The notes beneath the pieces were generated by a model. It was given only the letters and a program-made list of their open reading frames with translations, searched no databases and was not told the DNA's origin. Position numbers and translations under genes: made by a program. From Schmidtea polychroa (taxonomy: Eukaryota), in assembly GCA_044892525.1 (NCBI GenBank), contig CM097885.1, positions 238,144,001 through 238,208,000 of the forward strand: DNA of 64,000 nt, in the 5' to 3' direction. Shown here in pieces: positions 1 through 13,178 of the stretch. Position 1 is the first letter of the stretch, and every line of letters begins with the position of its first letter.

Positions 1-2
1 TA

Positions 3-941
3 ACTTTAACAGAAAATAAATATATTAATGAAAGAGGTGATTCAATGAAAGGAGATTTAAATTTAAATGGACACAAGATAAAAGATTTATCTTTTCCAAC
101 TGATGAAGCTGATGCAGTTAATAAAAAATATGTTGATGGTGTTAAAAATTATACTGATTTAACAACAACAAGAATTGAAAGTTCATTAACAACAAAAATT
201 GATTCAATGGAATCAAAGCTTAATAATAACGAACAACGATTTAATGATAAATTTGACAAGTTACAAAGTCTGTTAACTGAACAAGTTGTAAAGTTAAATG
301 CCGCCATATTAAACTCTAAAGATAAACAAATTATGAATACTAAATTTAATACAATATATAATATAATAAATGAGATGATTACATCATTTAATAAAAGAAT
401 TTCAAATTTAGAGTCTCATGGAACACACATTAACACCACACATAGTATTAGAAAAAGAGCTGCTGAATTAGAACAGAATAAAACATTATTACCCCATACA
501 TATAAACATTTTATAGAACCAAGTTTAATAACAACAAACAGTAAAGAATGGGGTGTTTTTATGGTTGTAAAGATTATTGATCCTTATTTCTTTTTGTTTG
601 ATGATGATAATGAAAGAATGAAATGGTTTGTGAAATGTGATTATAATAGTAAGCTTGAAAAGGGTGATGTTATAATGACTAGTTATGATTTACCACACGG
701 AGATTGGTATGTTAATACTCATTCACATGGACTACATAAAGTTAAAAGTAAGAATATTATTTTTAAAAGCACACTTGTACAATATATAGATTTAATATTT
801 TATGAAAAAAAGGTTGATGTTGATGAAGTTCGTAAAGCATTGATGGAATTGTATAAAGATATTCTCTCAACAAGAGTTTCTTTTGATATCCGAGTATTGG
901 TGCCAGATGATGCTCAGAAGAATAAAGTCTTATTTTTTTAA
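3..941 (+). CDS. Polinton-associated fibre/spike-like protein, 5' partial
   Basis: Frame is open from base 3 (TLTENKYINERGDSMKGDLNLNGHKIKDLSFPTDEADAVNKKYVD). The DAVNKxYVD motif is of the tail-fibre/adhesin-neck type, followed by a coiled-coil segment, RKRA and a C-terminal globular region. Function is inferred. Confidence 0.6.
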   Translation, partial: TLTENKYINERGDSMKGDLNLNGHKIKDLSFPTDEADAVNKKYVDGVKNYTDLTTTRIESSLTTKIDSMESKLNNNEQRFNDKFDKLQSLLTEQVVKLNAAILNSKDKQIMNTKFNTIYNIINEMITSFNKRISNLESHGTHINTTHSIRKRAAELEQNKTLLPHTYKHFIEPSLITTNSKEWGVFMVVKIIDPYFFLFDDDNERMKWFVKCDYNSKLEKGDVIMTSYDLPHGDWYVNTHSHGLHKVKSKNIIFKSTLVQYIDLIFYEKKVDVDEVRKALMELYKDILSTRVSFDIRVLVPDDAQKNKVLFF

Positions 942-949
942 TTATTAAA

Positions 950-1528
950 ATGGAAGAAGTAAGAGAAGAAAAAATTTACCCAGAATTGTCATCAAGATAT
1001 TATTCTTCCAAGGCTCCCTCAGCTCCCACAGAACTTGAAATTATGAGAGTAAAAGAATTTAAGTCAGAAACCTTACATTTACAAGATTTATTAAAGCATT
1101 ATAAAAAAATTAAAAATAAATGGAATAAAGGGAATACAGTTTTAAAAGTTATAGGTTATTCTTTAGGATTTGCATCTGCAATATTAACAGTTATTTTACC
1201 TATAACTTTACCAGTTTTAACAATTTCACCTGTAATACTTGGAAGTATTTCAGTAGCTGATGGTTTCCTAACTGAAATAGTTTCACTATCTTATACTTCT
1301 AAAAAGAAAAGTTTATATCGTGAAGTTTGTTTATCAATAGAATTAGGAATCTCTAAATTATTTTTATTTCAATTAAAAGCTTTGGAAGATGGAATCTTAA
1401 CTGATGATGAAATAATGAAATCAAATCAAATAATACAAGATATTAAAAATAATATTAATAGATTGAAAAGTGCTAATGTTATAACTAATAAAAAAATTAA
1501 ACGAGAGAAATGGTTAAAGAATTCTTAA
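950..1528 (+). CDS. Polinton-associated small membrane protein (two predicted TM segments)
   Basis: 192 aa intact ORF: basic HYKKIKNKW, then hydrophobic VIGYSLGFASAILTVILPITLPVLTISPVILGSISV, then ALEDGILTDDEI. Confidence 0.6.
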   Translation: MEEVREEKIYPELSSRYYSSKAPSAPTELEIMRVKEFKSETLHLQDLLKHYKKIKNKWNKGNTVLKVIGYSLGFASAILTVILPITLPVLTISPVILGSISVADGFLTEIVSLSYTSKKKSLYREVCLSIELGISKLFLFQLKALEDGILTDDEIMKSNQIIQDIKNNINRLKSANVITNKKIKREKWLKNS

Positions 1529-1639
1529 AATTATAAATATATAAAATGGATGCATTTTTAAAAAAAGTAGATCAGGTTGCTATAGTTGCTTAAATTAATT
1601 GTCGACATTTTATTATTAAAAAATTAAATATCGTTGGTT

Positions 1640-4600
1640 TCAGTTATGGTTGAAAGCCAACCTATGAATCATTAATTTATGATCTTTAAATTCTTTATCA
1701 CTTAGACCTTTTATATATTCAGAATCAGTATTAAAATATTTAAGTTCTAAACATATAGGATTAAAAACTTGAGAATATAAAGGCTTCTCGATTTCTCTCT
1801 CGGGATAAATAATTTCAACATTATAAATATCAAGATCGGTAATATTTGTATCATATAACTTATTCAACTTTTCTAGATTTTTTATTATCGGTATTAAATT
1901 ATTTCCAATAGGTAGAGTTGTCTTTAAATCACTTAGGATGAATCTTTTATCATCATAATTTGATAATGATACTTTTTGAGATTCTATCAAGTGAATATCA
2001 TGGTTTTCACTTTTAAGTTGATGTATTTCATCAATTTTATCTTTATGATTTGGATTCAATGTATCTATATAATCTTGATGAGAAAGATTCTTTGCAACTG
2101 ATTTCTGTATTCCTTTACATCTTTTATCCTTTACAGGTTTTTCTTCTTGTCCCTCTGGTCCTTTAGGAAATATAGGATATCTATGTGTAATGGTTGCTTA
2201 TGTTTCTGGAGTTTTAAATATAAATGATCTAGTTATAAATTCAGGGTTTCTAAATGTTTCGTATGAATATTGTTTAGCACGAATAAATATTCCATTTTCT
2301 ATAGGAGTAAAAGGTTTTTCATCTTTAAACGAAAATAATTCTCCAGATGAATTTATTAAATTTGAAAGTATAGGATTTTCGGCTATATCTCTTTGTAAAT
2401 CATGAGTTCTTATTGTTAAAAACATTGAATCTGTATCCATTGCATGCATTGATATATTAGAACCATATATAGGTTGTAAGATGTTATAATATGTTTCATA
2501 CATTTGTAATTTTGAAAGTTATAAAATTGAAAACCCTATAAATATTGGTTTGTTGTATGTTTTCTCAAAATTCTTTAGTTCTATTGCAGTAAGACTTTCA
2601 GAAAATACTTGTGCGTTTTTAAATGTAGGCTTTCCTAGCATACGATTATAACGCTTAATGTCTTTGGTAGTATTTGTTAGGAGTTCAATATGAGTATATT
2701 TGTCTACATTTTCCATTGTCTTCCCAAAGACTGAATTGTTTAAAAGTTTATAATTATTATCTTTAAAAAGGTTACCTTCTCTTTTTGCAATGTTTCGACA
2801 TCTAATGTTCTCTTCGATAAAAGCTTTCATGAATGGAGCTTGTTTAAATCTTATGACACTATGAACATTTTTAATATCATTCCTCGCGAGAGATAAAATT
2901 GGAGGAGTCTATAGTGACAAAGATAATAAGTTCGATCTGTTTGATCACAAAGAAGTTTCATTGTTGGAGGTTTATCTTGTGAGATTTGCCATTCAGAAAG
3001 TAATATAGGATTTTTCATTGTTTCTAATAATTCTTTTAATTCCTCATTGTTAATTTTCATATATGGATCAGAAGTCTTTGAAAGCATTCTTCTAGTAGTT
3101 ATTGCATTTCTAGCTTTTATTTCTCTATTCCCCATTACTGAAGAGACTCCTCCTCTAATGTTTGTTTTAATTTGGTTAAACATATCGAGGTTAGTTAAAA
3201 GATCTATAATTTTATCAGATTCTTCTATATTTGAAGTCCAAATGGTATATAATAAAGTATCCCAAGCTAAAGAGGGTGCTGTTATATAATTGTAAGGTTT
3301 AAGAACAAAAGACTTTGTAAATTCTTCAAAGCAATCTGCTAGAATATAAACATCCAAGGATAAATACATGTTGGTATATTCTCCTAAAGTTTTACACTTG
3401 AGTAATTCCCACATTTTATTTGCTCGAGAATATTCTTGATCTGTAATATGATATTTTTGAAGTTGTGAATAGAAATCTTTTTGGCTAGGAAGACTTGTTT
3501 CATTATATCTTTCAAATGAATCAAAATAGTCATAAGGATATATTCCTTTTGCTAAGCATGTAGAATATTCTTCTAGAGGAATATTATTTTTTTCCAAGAA
3601 TTCTCGAGTGATTTTAAAATTTTCTGGTTTCATTGTTTTTGCTACTGCATCTAGAGACATTTGGAGAAAGTTTAACGAGTCTATAAATTTTAATTTTCCA
3701 TATTCAACTGATTTATATTTTTCCTTTGTAAGTCCTATAACTTTGAAAGAGTTTTTAGCATTTTCTGCTAATTGTTTAATAAATAGATGTATGTCATAAC
3801 CAAAAAGATTATGAAATATAACAGGTACAAATTTAGGAGTATGACAATTAAGATTGCAATTTTTATGAGCTGCTCCTCGATAATTATTTTCCTTTTTTAA
3901 ATGATCATGATCGGGGACTTTTATGTTTGAAGATTGTCTTTCATGAAACATTCTATGTTCTTCTTCTTCAATAGTTTCATTATTTGGATGTTCCTCAAAG
4001 AGTTGATTCTCAAATGGTTGTTTACACATCCAACAATTTGAAGAATTTTCATAGTCTTCCCATTGTTCGGTTGAAAAATTTATTTCATATTTTGTTTTTA
4101 ATACTTTAAATATTTCGTGTTCTAGATCATTTATACTTTTGGTAAAATGATTTAAAACATCTTCTGAAATTCCTTGAAATGTATATTCTCTAGATTCTAT
4201 GAGTTCAGGATAATTGCTTTTAAATAATAATTTATAAGCAGATGGTAATTGTTTAGTTTTTTTAACACTATTAGGTTTGTTTCTTTTTCTTAGAAAGGCT
4301 TTCATCCTCTCTGGTTTCATCTTCTCTCCTGAGGAGTTCCATGAATCCATGAGTTTATTTTTTTCTATTATTTTTAAATATTGATTAACCAAATCTTGTT
4401 TACGATTTATAGATTTAAAGTCTCCATAAATCACTCCTACTGTTTGTAGTAAATTTGAAAAGTTTTTAAAATGCATCTTGGGATCTTTAGGCATGTTAAT
4501 TAAAGCTGGTTCATCTTTTTCACAAAATCTTGTATGTTTAATCATAGAGTTTTTAGTTGTTGAATAATGAAGACATCTTTTACATGTTCCTCCTCCACTA

Positions 4601-5756
4601 GTTGGATTCTCTGGTGATGTAAAAGCTTGAAAGTTTTTTATTAAAACATAATGTTGTTCCAAGATTAAAAGATATATTTCTCTAGGGTTATTGGTTCCAC
4701 TATCAGAAATGTAAATTGGAATAATTTCTCTGCTATTAACATGTTTCCCTTTAACACGTTCATAAATATTAATTTTAAGATTATTTAATTTTTCAAATTC
4801 TGGAATGTCTTCTAGTTTCATTGGATGTTTGAATCCTTTGGGAAATATTAATTCATTTTCATATTGTTTGTATTTTGAAACTCTTTGAGGGTTTGATTCT
4901 TGAGGATGTAAATGTGCAAGTATTGACCAGATGAAACATTTGTTATCATTATTCTGTATGTTTATAACATTTTTAGATTTAAAGGGTGTAGGAATATAAG
5001 ATTTAGGATTGGGTGGTAATCCTCTCCAATAATCAATCACTAAAGTTTGGAAAGAGTTGAATACTAAGTTTGAATCTCCTAATTCATTTTCTACTTCCTC
5101 TTGTTTTGCTTCTGCTGCTTTAATTATTTCTTTGATGGTTTTATCAAATCCTTTAGTTGAAAATAAATATTTAAAGGGTATTCCAATTTCAACATCTAAA
5201 GGTGTTGTCTTTTCTTCTGCTCCTCGCCAGTATTTTGCTTTGATTATAATTTTATATTTTATAACATTATACCTTGTCGGTTTATAATTTTTTAAAGCTT
5301 CAGTGAAAAAATTTTTAATATTTTTTTTATTTTTATTTATATATTCTCCAGGAGTTAGAGGTCCATTAATTTTTAATTGAAATTCATCTATATGATTAAA
5401 ATTATCCCAGTTATATTTTTCTCTTTCAACATGATCAGGTTCTCCTTCTGAATGACATTCCTCATCGTCAGAATTTTGTTTTTTATTTTTACATTCTTTT
5501 ATATGTTCTAAATAATAGAAATTTAGTTTTGTTGAAAAGTTACAATGAGGACATGTAAATATTTCTCTATTTTTCCCGATACAATTTTCAAAATGTTTAT
5601 TATATCCAGAATGTAGAAATCTTCCTTTACATTTAGGACAAACTTTTGAATTTGTGTCATTAAGATTGTTTTCTTTTAATAAATGAGCTTTCGATTTTAA
5701 GTGGGAATCAATCCAGTTTTATTTTTAAAAACTTTATTACAAATATTACAATTCAT
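1640..5756 (-). pseudogene. Protein-primed DNA polymerase B, copy A; intronless, frameshifted, motif A missing
   Basis: ATG at 5756 and N-terminal zinc fingers (CNIC..HLKSKAH after a 1-nt frameshift near 5715; CPKC..H..C; CPHC..H..C). Frame open ~5715-2851 with ExoI YGDFKS, ExoII FHNLFGYD, KGIYPYDY, ExoIII YLSLDVYILAD and IRGG. Motif B YKLLNNSVFGKTMEN (2519-2830), motif C DTDS (2198-2503), C-terminal YDDKR. Frameshifts near 2850 and 2515; in-frame TAA at 2198. Confidence 0.9.
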
Positions 5757-6603
5757 TTTTAGAAAAAAATTTTTTATTGGATACCCTGTTTTGATTTTTT
5801 ATGATGTTTTTATATTTATTTTCATAATGTGACAGTATAATTTTTAGATTTTTATAATAAAAATTTAAAAAATGACAAAAATCTGAAACCTGATAGCGCA
5901 GTGTGAATAGACTAGCACAGTGGTTCAAATAGATAGCGGTTCAAATCCTAACTACAGTTAGTTTTCTTTCAACATAAAATAATATTAAAAATTTGAAAAT
6001 AATAGTGTGGGTATCTTAGATTTATAAAGCAGTTGTATATTTTATTTATTTTATTTATTTTATTTATTTTATTTTTTTATTAATTAATTAATTTTTAAAC
6101 ATAAATATGAAAAAAAAATATTGAAAGGGGTGTGGTGGCGAACCGGTAATTATCGCCACCAGTCTTTCGAACACCCCCGGATCGATTCTATAATGTGCAC
6201 ATTTATTTCTCAGTTGTTTTCGGACCTCTTTCGGATTCACTTTCGAATTCATTTGTACTTTCGAGCAGCACGCTTAAAACGCCGATGAAATTGTATTCGA
6301 GCGAGAAGCGAATAATAAGGTGTGCTGCTATTATCGAATTGATTCTGATGTATGAGTCTGGCCAGCTTGTATATTGGAAGAGATTTGATAAACGAAAGAG
6401 GTTGAATAAAAAAATGATCCGGATCAAAAAAACTGTTGAGAGGACAGTGAAAAAAAAAAAAATACCACTGTCCTCTCAGAGCAGTTTTACTATTTCATAA
6501 AATTTTTTATTCTTTTTCAATTTTTTAAGTTTTATATAATTTAAAATCAATAATCTGATAAAGATCAACTCTAGAGTTTGATTACGATCAAAACAGTGCC
6601 TCA

Positions 6604-6878
6604 AGTAGTGTGTTTATATCCCTAACCAAAATAGCCCTCTAACTTTTTCATTATACCATTTTCTTTTCTATTCTCTTTATGTTTTTAGTTTGAAGCTTTT
6701 GAGTTTGAGGCTTTAAAGATTAAAACAGTTAGGGGTATTAAGGGTGGTTGTTTTCAAAAATATAGGGTTAAAATACTATAAAAGTATAAGTTTTAGGTTG
6801 TTTTTCTAATGGTTTAGGCGTAATGGAGGTATGTTTTGTTGGGAGGGCTGTTTTGGTTAGGGATATAAACACACTACT
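6604..6878. mobile_element. 275-bp element with ~36-bp terminal inverted repeats, AGTAGT...ACTACT ends
   Basis: agtagtgtgtttatatccctaaccaaaatagccctc at 6604 and gagggctgttttggttagggatataaacacactact ending at 6878; no matching TSD seen. Confidence 0.7.
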
Positions 6879-7148
6879 CCGGCAAGCTGTCGAGATAAGG
6901 ATATTGTTGTTTTCCTTTTCCCCTGATTTCAAAATTTCTTTTTCTTTTTGTACTAATTAATTAGTACTGACCTTGATTTTTATTTTCCTGTTTGATAACT
7001 TTTATTTCCTTTCTAATTTTTGATTTCTGTTCACTTTCGTTTTCTTTTCTGAGTCTCTATAGATCGTCCAGTTTGTCATGGCGATCTTCCCCCAGGTAAT
7101 TTTATTTATTTCTTTATGAATTATTATTTAGGTATCCTCAACATTATA

Positions 7149-7395
<247 letters not shown>

Positions 7396-7654
7396 TATAT
7401 AACCCTCCATGGATTCATCCTGCGTACGCACCTGGGTTCAACAAGAACGGTACAAAAATGAGGTGAAAATCAATAAAAACACCAAATTCACAAAAAAATT
7501 TGAAGTACAAAATATTAATTAAAAATAATCAAAAAATTAAAAATAAACATTTTCCGGCGGATACTGAATAATGAGACTAGTTCAACTATAATAAAATCAA
7601 ATCAATGGAGTGTCCTTATAAAGAATGAATTATAAAAAACAAAAATTAATTAAC

Positions 7655-7722
7655 TAATGAGAAACCCGAGCTAATGGACAACCCAAGCTAATGGGAAATC
7701 CAAGATAATGTAAAACCCGAGC
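7655..7722. repeat. Four 17-bp tandem units (taatgRRaaacccRagc), possibly subterminal repeats of a DNA transposon
   Basis: taatgagaaacccgagc / taatggacaacccaagc / taatgggaaatccaaga / taatgtaaaacccgagc. Confidence 0.7.
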
Positions 7723-8974
7723 GATTTGAGAGAACCTGTATTATCAATAAAATTGGGAAAGGCAATTAAATCAGTCGACTAAATTTAAATTGGGGCAAGC
7801 CGTCAAAGGAGACGAGTAAATTCCTCAAAGCAATTAGCGCTACAAGTGGAAACCCGGGGGACGTTGGATTTAGACTAATTTGACAAAGTAAAATCAATTA
7901 CAAAATGGGTATAAATGCGACCGGCAAGTAAACAAAATTGCCAGTTTGTCGAAGAAAGGAAAACGAGAAATTTAGCGAGAGTAACAAAAAAAAACTTTGA
8001 AGTTAGTATCATTTGAATAATTTAAATCGAATGTACCAGAAAAGGACATCTCCCATTGGAATATTTATCCCTGCGTAAGATTTGTAGTTTTATTGAAAAG
8101 TGCAGATCAAAAAAGGATTGTAGTGTGGTTGAATTAATAAAAAGTATAACCAAAGTTTAACTGCATTAGTCTCAAATAAATATTTTTGTGTTGGGTTGTT
8201 TATTTAATTTCGAAAAGAACATAAAGGAGTCAGACAGAGATACCGATTAAACAAAATACCCAACAAAAGGCAAAAATGAATAATTTCTCTTAAGGAAATT
8301 ATTGCGTTTATTGACTATTTTTAGAGTTAAAGGCGAGTATCTCTGTCATTTACGAATAATTGTTGTGTTTTGGATTACTGTGGGACATGACTCTTTTTAC
8401 CAAATTTTATCTCTTTAACAACTGATATTCAAAAATGAAATTGTTACTATTACTCAAGACAATTTCTGTCGACTTACAGCAGTCACAGCGACAGTGGTGC
8501 TATGTTTTTATATACTTCAGGTAGATTTTGGTGAACATGATATATATTAAGATAATTCTGATCGCTAAACTAAAAAACAACTTTCAGAAAGTTCAAACGT
8601 TTGTCTAAAATTTCCCATTGTCTACAAACAATTGTATATCTTTTAATAGAAGAGAAATGGGAGTTCCATTAACTGATCAAAATATAAATAAAAAAACTGA
8701 AAGTAAACATTGAAATGTTGCTTCAATGGCATGAAAAAAAATTGTTTTTGTATCGAATAAACGGTAGATTTATTATTAAATTCCCAAACGCAGAAAATAA
8801 GAATTTAGATCAAGATTAACCATCAACATCTCCATGCATAGCCAAATCGATTCTGAATAAAGAAAATGCTCTGCAATTGATAGAATAAGAAAGTGTTGTA
8901 GATTATAGACTTCTGAAACCTTTTTAAACCCGTAAATACTGATCGCTTCAGGTGACAAATAATTTAAACAAATT

Positions 8975-9245
8975 CTTCATGATAATGCACCCCCCCCCCA
9001 GACACTTCTAAAAAGTTAAAAGATCTTGCATGGAAAGTATTAAGCTACCCGTCGTGTTTACCAGACTTTCCCCTTTAAGTTACTACTTTTCTCGATTGAT
9101 GGCACATACACTTTCTGAGCAATAATTCAACATGTACGAGGAAGTGAAAATTTGGATTACATGAAAATAAGAAAAGTTCTATAGAGACGGTATCCGCAAA
9201 TGACCTGATATAAGGGGGAAATGATAAGCAAATATAGCTAGTTTC
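8975..9245 (+). mobile_element. Mariner transposase C-terminal remnant
   Basis: Degenerate LHDNAPPH...LAWKVLSYPSCLPD (HPPYSPD-like)...LMAHTLSEQ...EVKIWI...FYRDGIRK. Confidence 0.7.
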
Positions 9246-11461
9246 TCCTGCCATTAATGTATTTTCTTTAAATTAAAAATCCACATTATCAACTAATACA
9301 TCTTGTAAAAATACAAATGAATATGACATTTCTTTTGAGTTATATTGTAGAGAATTAAAATTTATAATAAAATTGTTAAACTGAAAGGAATATTTAAAGA
9401 ATATTTAAAATAGTTAAAAACTGCATCATAAAAGAAAATAAGGCATGCCAACATAAACTAGTCAAACATTCAATATATACCTGCTGTTCTTTTCGTTTTT
9501 TATAGAAACAAAATTGTTGCTATAATTATTTAGAAATATCTAAATTTAAAATCAGTTAACTTTAAAATTATTAAAAATTCAATATATGTTTCCAAAATTT
9601 AAACTCTCACTTCATCATGAATCATGAATCTTTAGGATCTCAGACCTGTGCAAAATGGTCACATCTTATTACTGTGGTTTCTTTGTTATTTGAAAAAGAT
9701 TTCCATGTAAAAATTTATATATCAGATAGAATTATCGACAAAATAATTGAGGTAAAGTCACAAAACGTTTTTGCGGTAATAATAAATGAAAGAATTTTAA
9801 TGTTGGATTAAATCATGAATTTATTAGATAATTTAAGCAATGAATTTCAAATTCGAATTTTTTAGTAAGAGCTATGAAACTAATAATATTTATTCTAAAA
9901 ACTAACATTTACTTAGTAACTTAGAAAAGAAAGCACCTGGCTTCGACTCGGACAGATGAAAACAGTCAATCAGAAATTAAAATTCCAGCGGAAAAGACTG
10001 AACTTCACTAAGCTGAGATTTATATGAGATTTATATAGATTTCGATGACTCGCTAAACATCTGAATATATAATAATATTTTAACATACATCTTACAAAGA
10101 GCTCACCAAATAATTTTGGTAAGAACAAAAACAGTAATAATGACTTGCTTTCATTTAGTTCCATTAGTTCTATTTCTCATGTATTTTGTTTTATTTATTT
10201 CATTCGTATTGTTTTGTTTTTAAATTTAAAAGATTGTATTTTTTCCTATTAATAATTATATGTTTTCCTGGAGTTTTAAATATTTATCGTTTTTCTTAAC
10301 CCGGGTTCGCTCGAGATTCGACAACATGTAATGTAAATTAAAATTATTAAAAATTTGTTTTAATGGACTATCTTTAGTTAGTTATATTTTAGAACATGAT
10401 TTTGGAATAAGAGATCAAAAGTTGGGAAATAATCTGAATTTTTAGTGCCTATTACAAAAATGATAATTCGCTTATGTTTAGTACGTTAGGATTAATTTTT
10501 TTGATTTTTCGTTTCACTTCGAGCTGTTATTCTTTTTCTTAAAATTTTTTAAATGTACTTTAAAAGAAATTTCATGAGTATTTTTCAAAATTCAATAGAG
10601 ATTTTTTTTTCATTCATTGAAAAATTCAAAAAATGATCAAATTCAAATGTGGACTGTTTGCGCTTTTCGTGTTGTGCAGAGAAATACAAGATATTTGACT
10701 TCTAATTATTGGAAAAAAATTTCCTTAGTTATAAAAGTTTCAATATAGTAATTTGAAACAAGCATATGGTGTTATGAAGACATATAAATTGAGTGAATAC
10801 TTAATTTACAATAGATGAAACATGAATTGAGTTTCTTTTCCAATTAGCTTTGATTTATTCTATTTGCCTACTTACTTAAATTTGGTTTAAATTCGTAGTT
10901 AATTTTATAAACTTTTAATTTTCCAATTTTAGTTATTTGATTTTGTTTTGAATTTCTAATCGAATTTCTGTGGAGATTAATTTGACCTTGGTCTATTGAA
11001 TTTTAATAAAATCCCGAAATGAAAATGAATCGCTTCCTAAACGAACTCACAATACAAAAAAAACCTGGAAGTTAAACTCGACTACCTTAAAAATTTTTCG
11101 TTTGCCTTGAAAATTATAATTTACTAAAGATTGTTTTTAATTTTAAAAATATACAGTAAATAGTAAAATAGTAAACCTAATTTAATTTGAAAGTTATATT
11201 AAATTCAAATTCAAAATAAATTTTGGTTCATTTGTCACATTACATTTATTATTTTTTATAATAAAATACATATTGTTTTAAATTATTGTTACTATGTTTT
11301 ATTAAATATACATTAATCTTTTCAATTTTTATTTGTAATATAATATATTTGAATTAATAAAATTTATTGTCAATGTTTTCAATTTTCAACTTTTAGATAT
11401 TATTAAAGCTAGTTATTTTATTGGATTTTATCACAAAATTTTTTAAACATTGAGATACATA

Positions 11462-13112
11462 ATGAACGACGAATATATAAATTCCGATTTGATTTCAAAT
11501 TCATCTTTACAAAAAGATGGTTTTAGGACTTTTTATATAAATGAATCTAACATAGATTCATCTGTTTTAAATAAATTAAATAATCAAAGATTAGTTTATT
11601 TTAATAAATTTATCACTCAAACTAGTAGTCATAAATGCATTTTCAGTCATCTTTCTCACGAAGAATATGGAAAATTTTTAAATTCAACTTTTCAAGTTAG
11701 CGAAGCTGTTGTGTTTTTAAGTCTTAAATCACACACGCAATCGGTTTTATTTCAATTAACTAAATTGTCTAATCAATGTATTTTCATGGCCTCAAAAGAA
11801 GTTTTAAATCTTTCAGATTCGAGAATTGAGTTAAAATATGTTCATAACTTATCAGTTCATAATGGATTCGAAAACATGAAATCTCAGTTATCTTTTATCA
11901 GAAATATTTGTGAAAAAGTGACATTTTTATTGCATCAACCATCGATTTTGCGCTCAAAGATTTTGCAAACTACAAATTTCGGTTTGTCAAAAAAGAAAGT
12001 TCAAAATTTACTAAAACAATTTCTTCGGAAATTTATTCTACACATCAATGTGATTTTGTTCACCTCATATTTTATTGTGTTCACTGGTTTAGAATCGTTG
12101 TCATTTTCCGACATCAGAACCTACGACGGCAATGAGCTTTGGAATTTTTCTCGTGGAATTGAAGAATACAATAAGATGTTTAATCACATTAAATCAATTG
12201 CCCAATCATCATTGCTTAGAACAGCAATGTCTGATTACCGAGGAACAGTTTTTGCTTATTTAAACGAGAAAATCGATCCGATTTGCATGGTAAAAACTAT
12301 TTCCATTAGAAAGGTTTTCAAAATATTATCGACTTTTCGCTCAACAATAATGGCAGAAAGAATTCACAGATTTCTGTTTTGTAGCAAAGATGTATATAAA
12401 GCTATCCGACATCGATATTTGAATATGATTCTCCATTCCGAATCAGCTACAAACTATGATAAAATCCAATTGAATAGCATTGATTCTGAATCCAACCGAT
12501 ATGACAACAGTTTGAATAATACTTCTAGAAGTCTAATGGAAGATATATTACAATTAAACCGAGAAGAATCTAATAATAAAATGAAATATAAGAAATTTGT
12601 TCAGCGTTTGTCGACAAAAATGAAACACAGCTCAATAACGGAGGAAGTTAATTCTGAATTCCAATTCATCGTTTCATTGTTGGAAAATGTATCGAAATCA
12701 ACAGATTTGCTGATAAAATTGCAAATATCGACAGAGAAATTCACAGTAGATATTATTTCATTTGTCTGTCAGAGAAAATGTATTGATAATTAGGCTGAGA
12801 GTCGCAATAAACAATCGGATGAGTCGCAAATTGGTAAGAAGAATGTCCAATGGCGAGATAGTCATGATTCAAAGATCAACAATCACATGCTTAAATATTA
12901 TCTGGATCGCTATTGGTATTATGTTGACACATATCTAGATATGATTGAGTCCAATTTTGCCAGCAGCAGTTCAATCATTTCCGTCAGAAATCATAAACAA
13001 CCTGTTGTTTCAAAGCTGGGATCGCATATCATTCACAATCCACAAATCAAAATTGCACTCAGCAATTTAATGAAGGAGCCGCTGTTGACAAGTGAGTTTT
13101 ATCTAGCAATAA

Positions 13113-13178
<66 letters not shown>

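Larger units (their letters stand above)
1..5756. mobile_element. Polinton/Maverick (adintovirus-like) element fragment A: two + strand ORFs converging on a decayed pPolB; continues left of the window
   Basis: Dense intronless ORFs with AAAATG starts; Polinton-type pPolB with an endonuclease VII-like DHDH...GAAHxxCN insert. Confidence 0.85.

Noticed and set aside
2190..5287. Small + strand ORFs (2190-2405, 3047-3289, 3608-3799, 5057-5287); likewise 60456-60746
   Set aside because: Antisense shadows of the pPolB genes.
10259..10285. ~20-nt similarity to pPolB copy A near 2200
   Set aside because: Too short and AT-rich to separate from chance.
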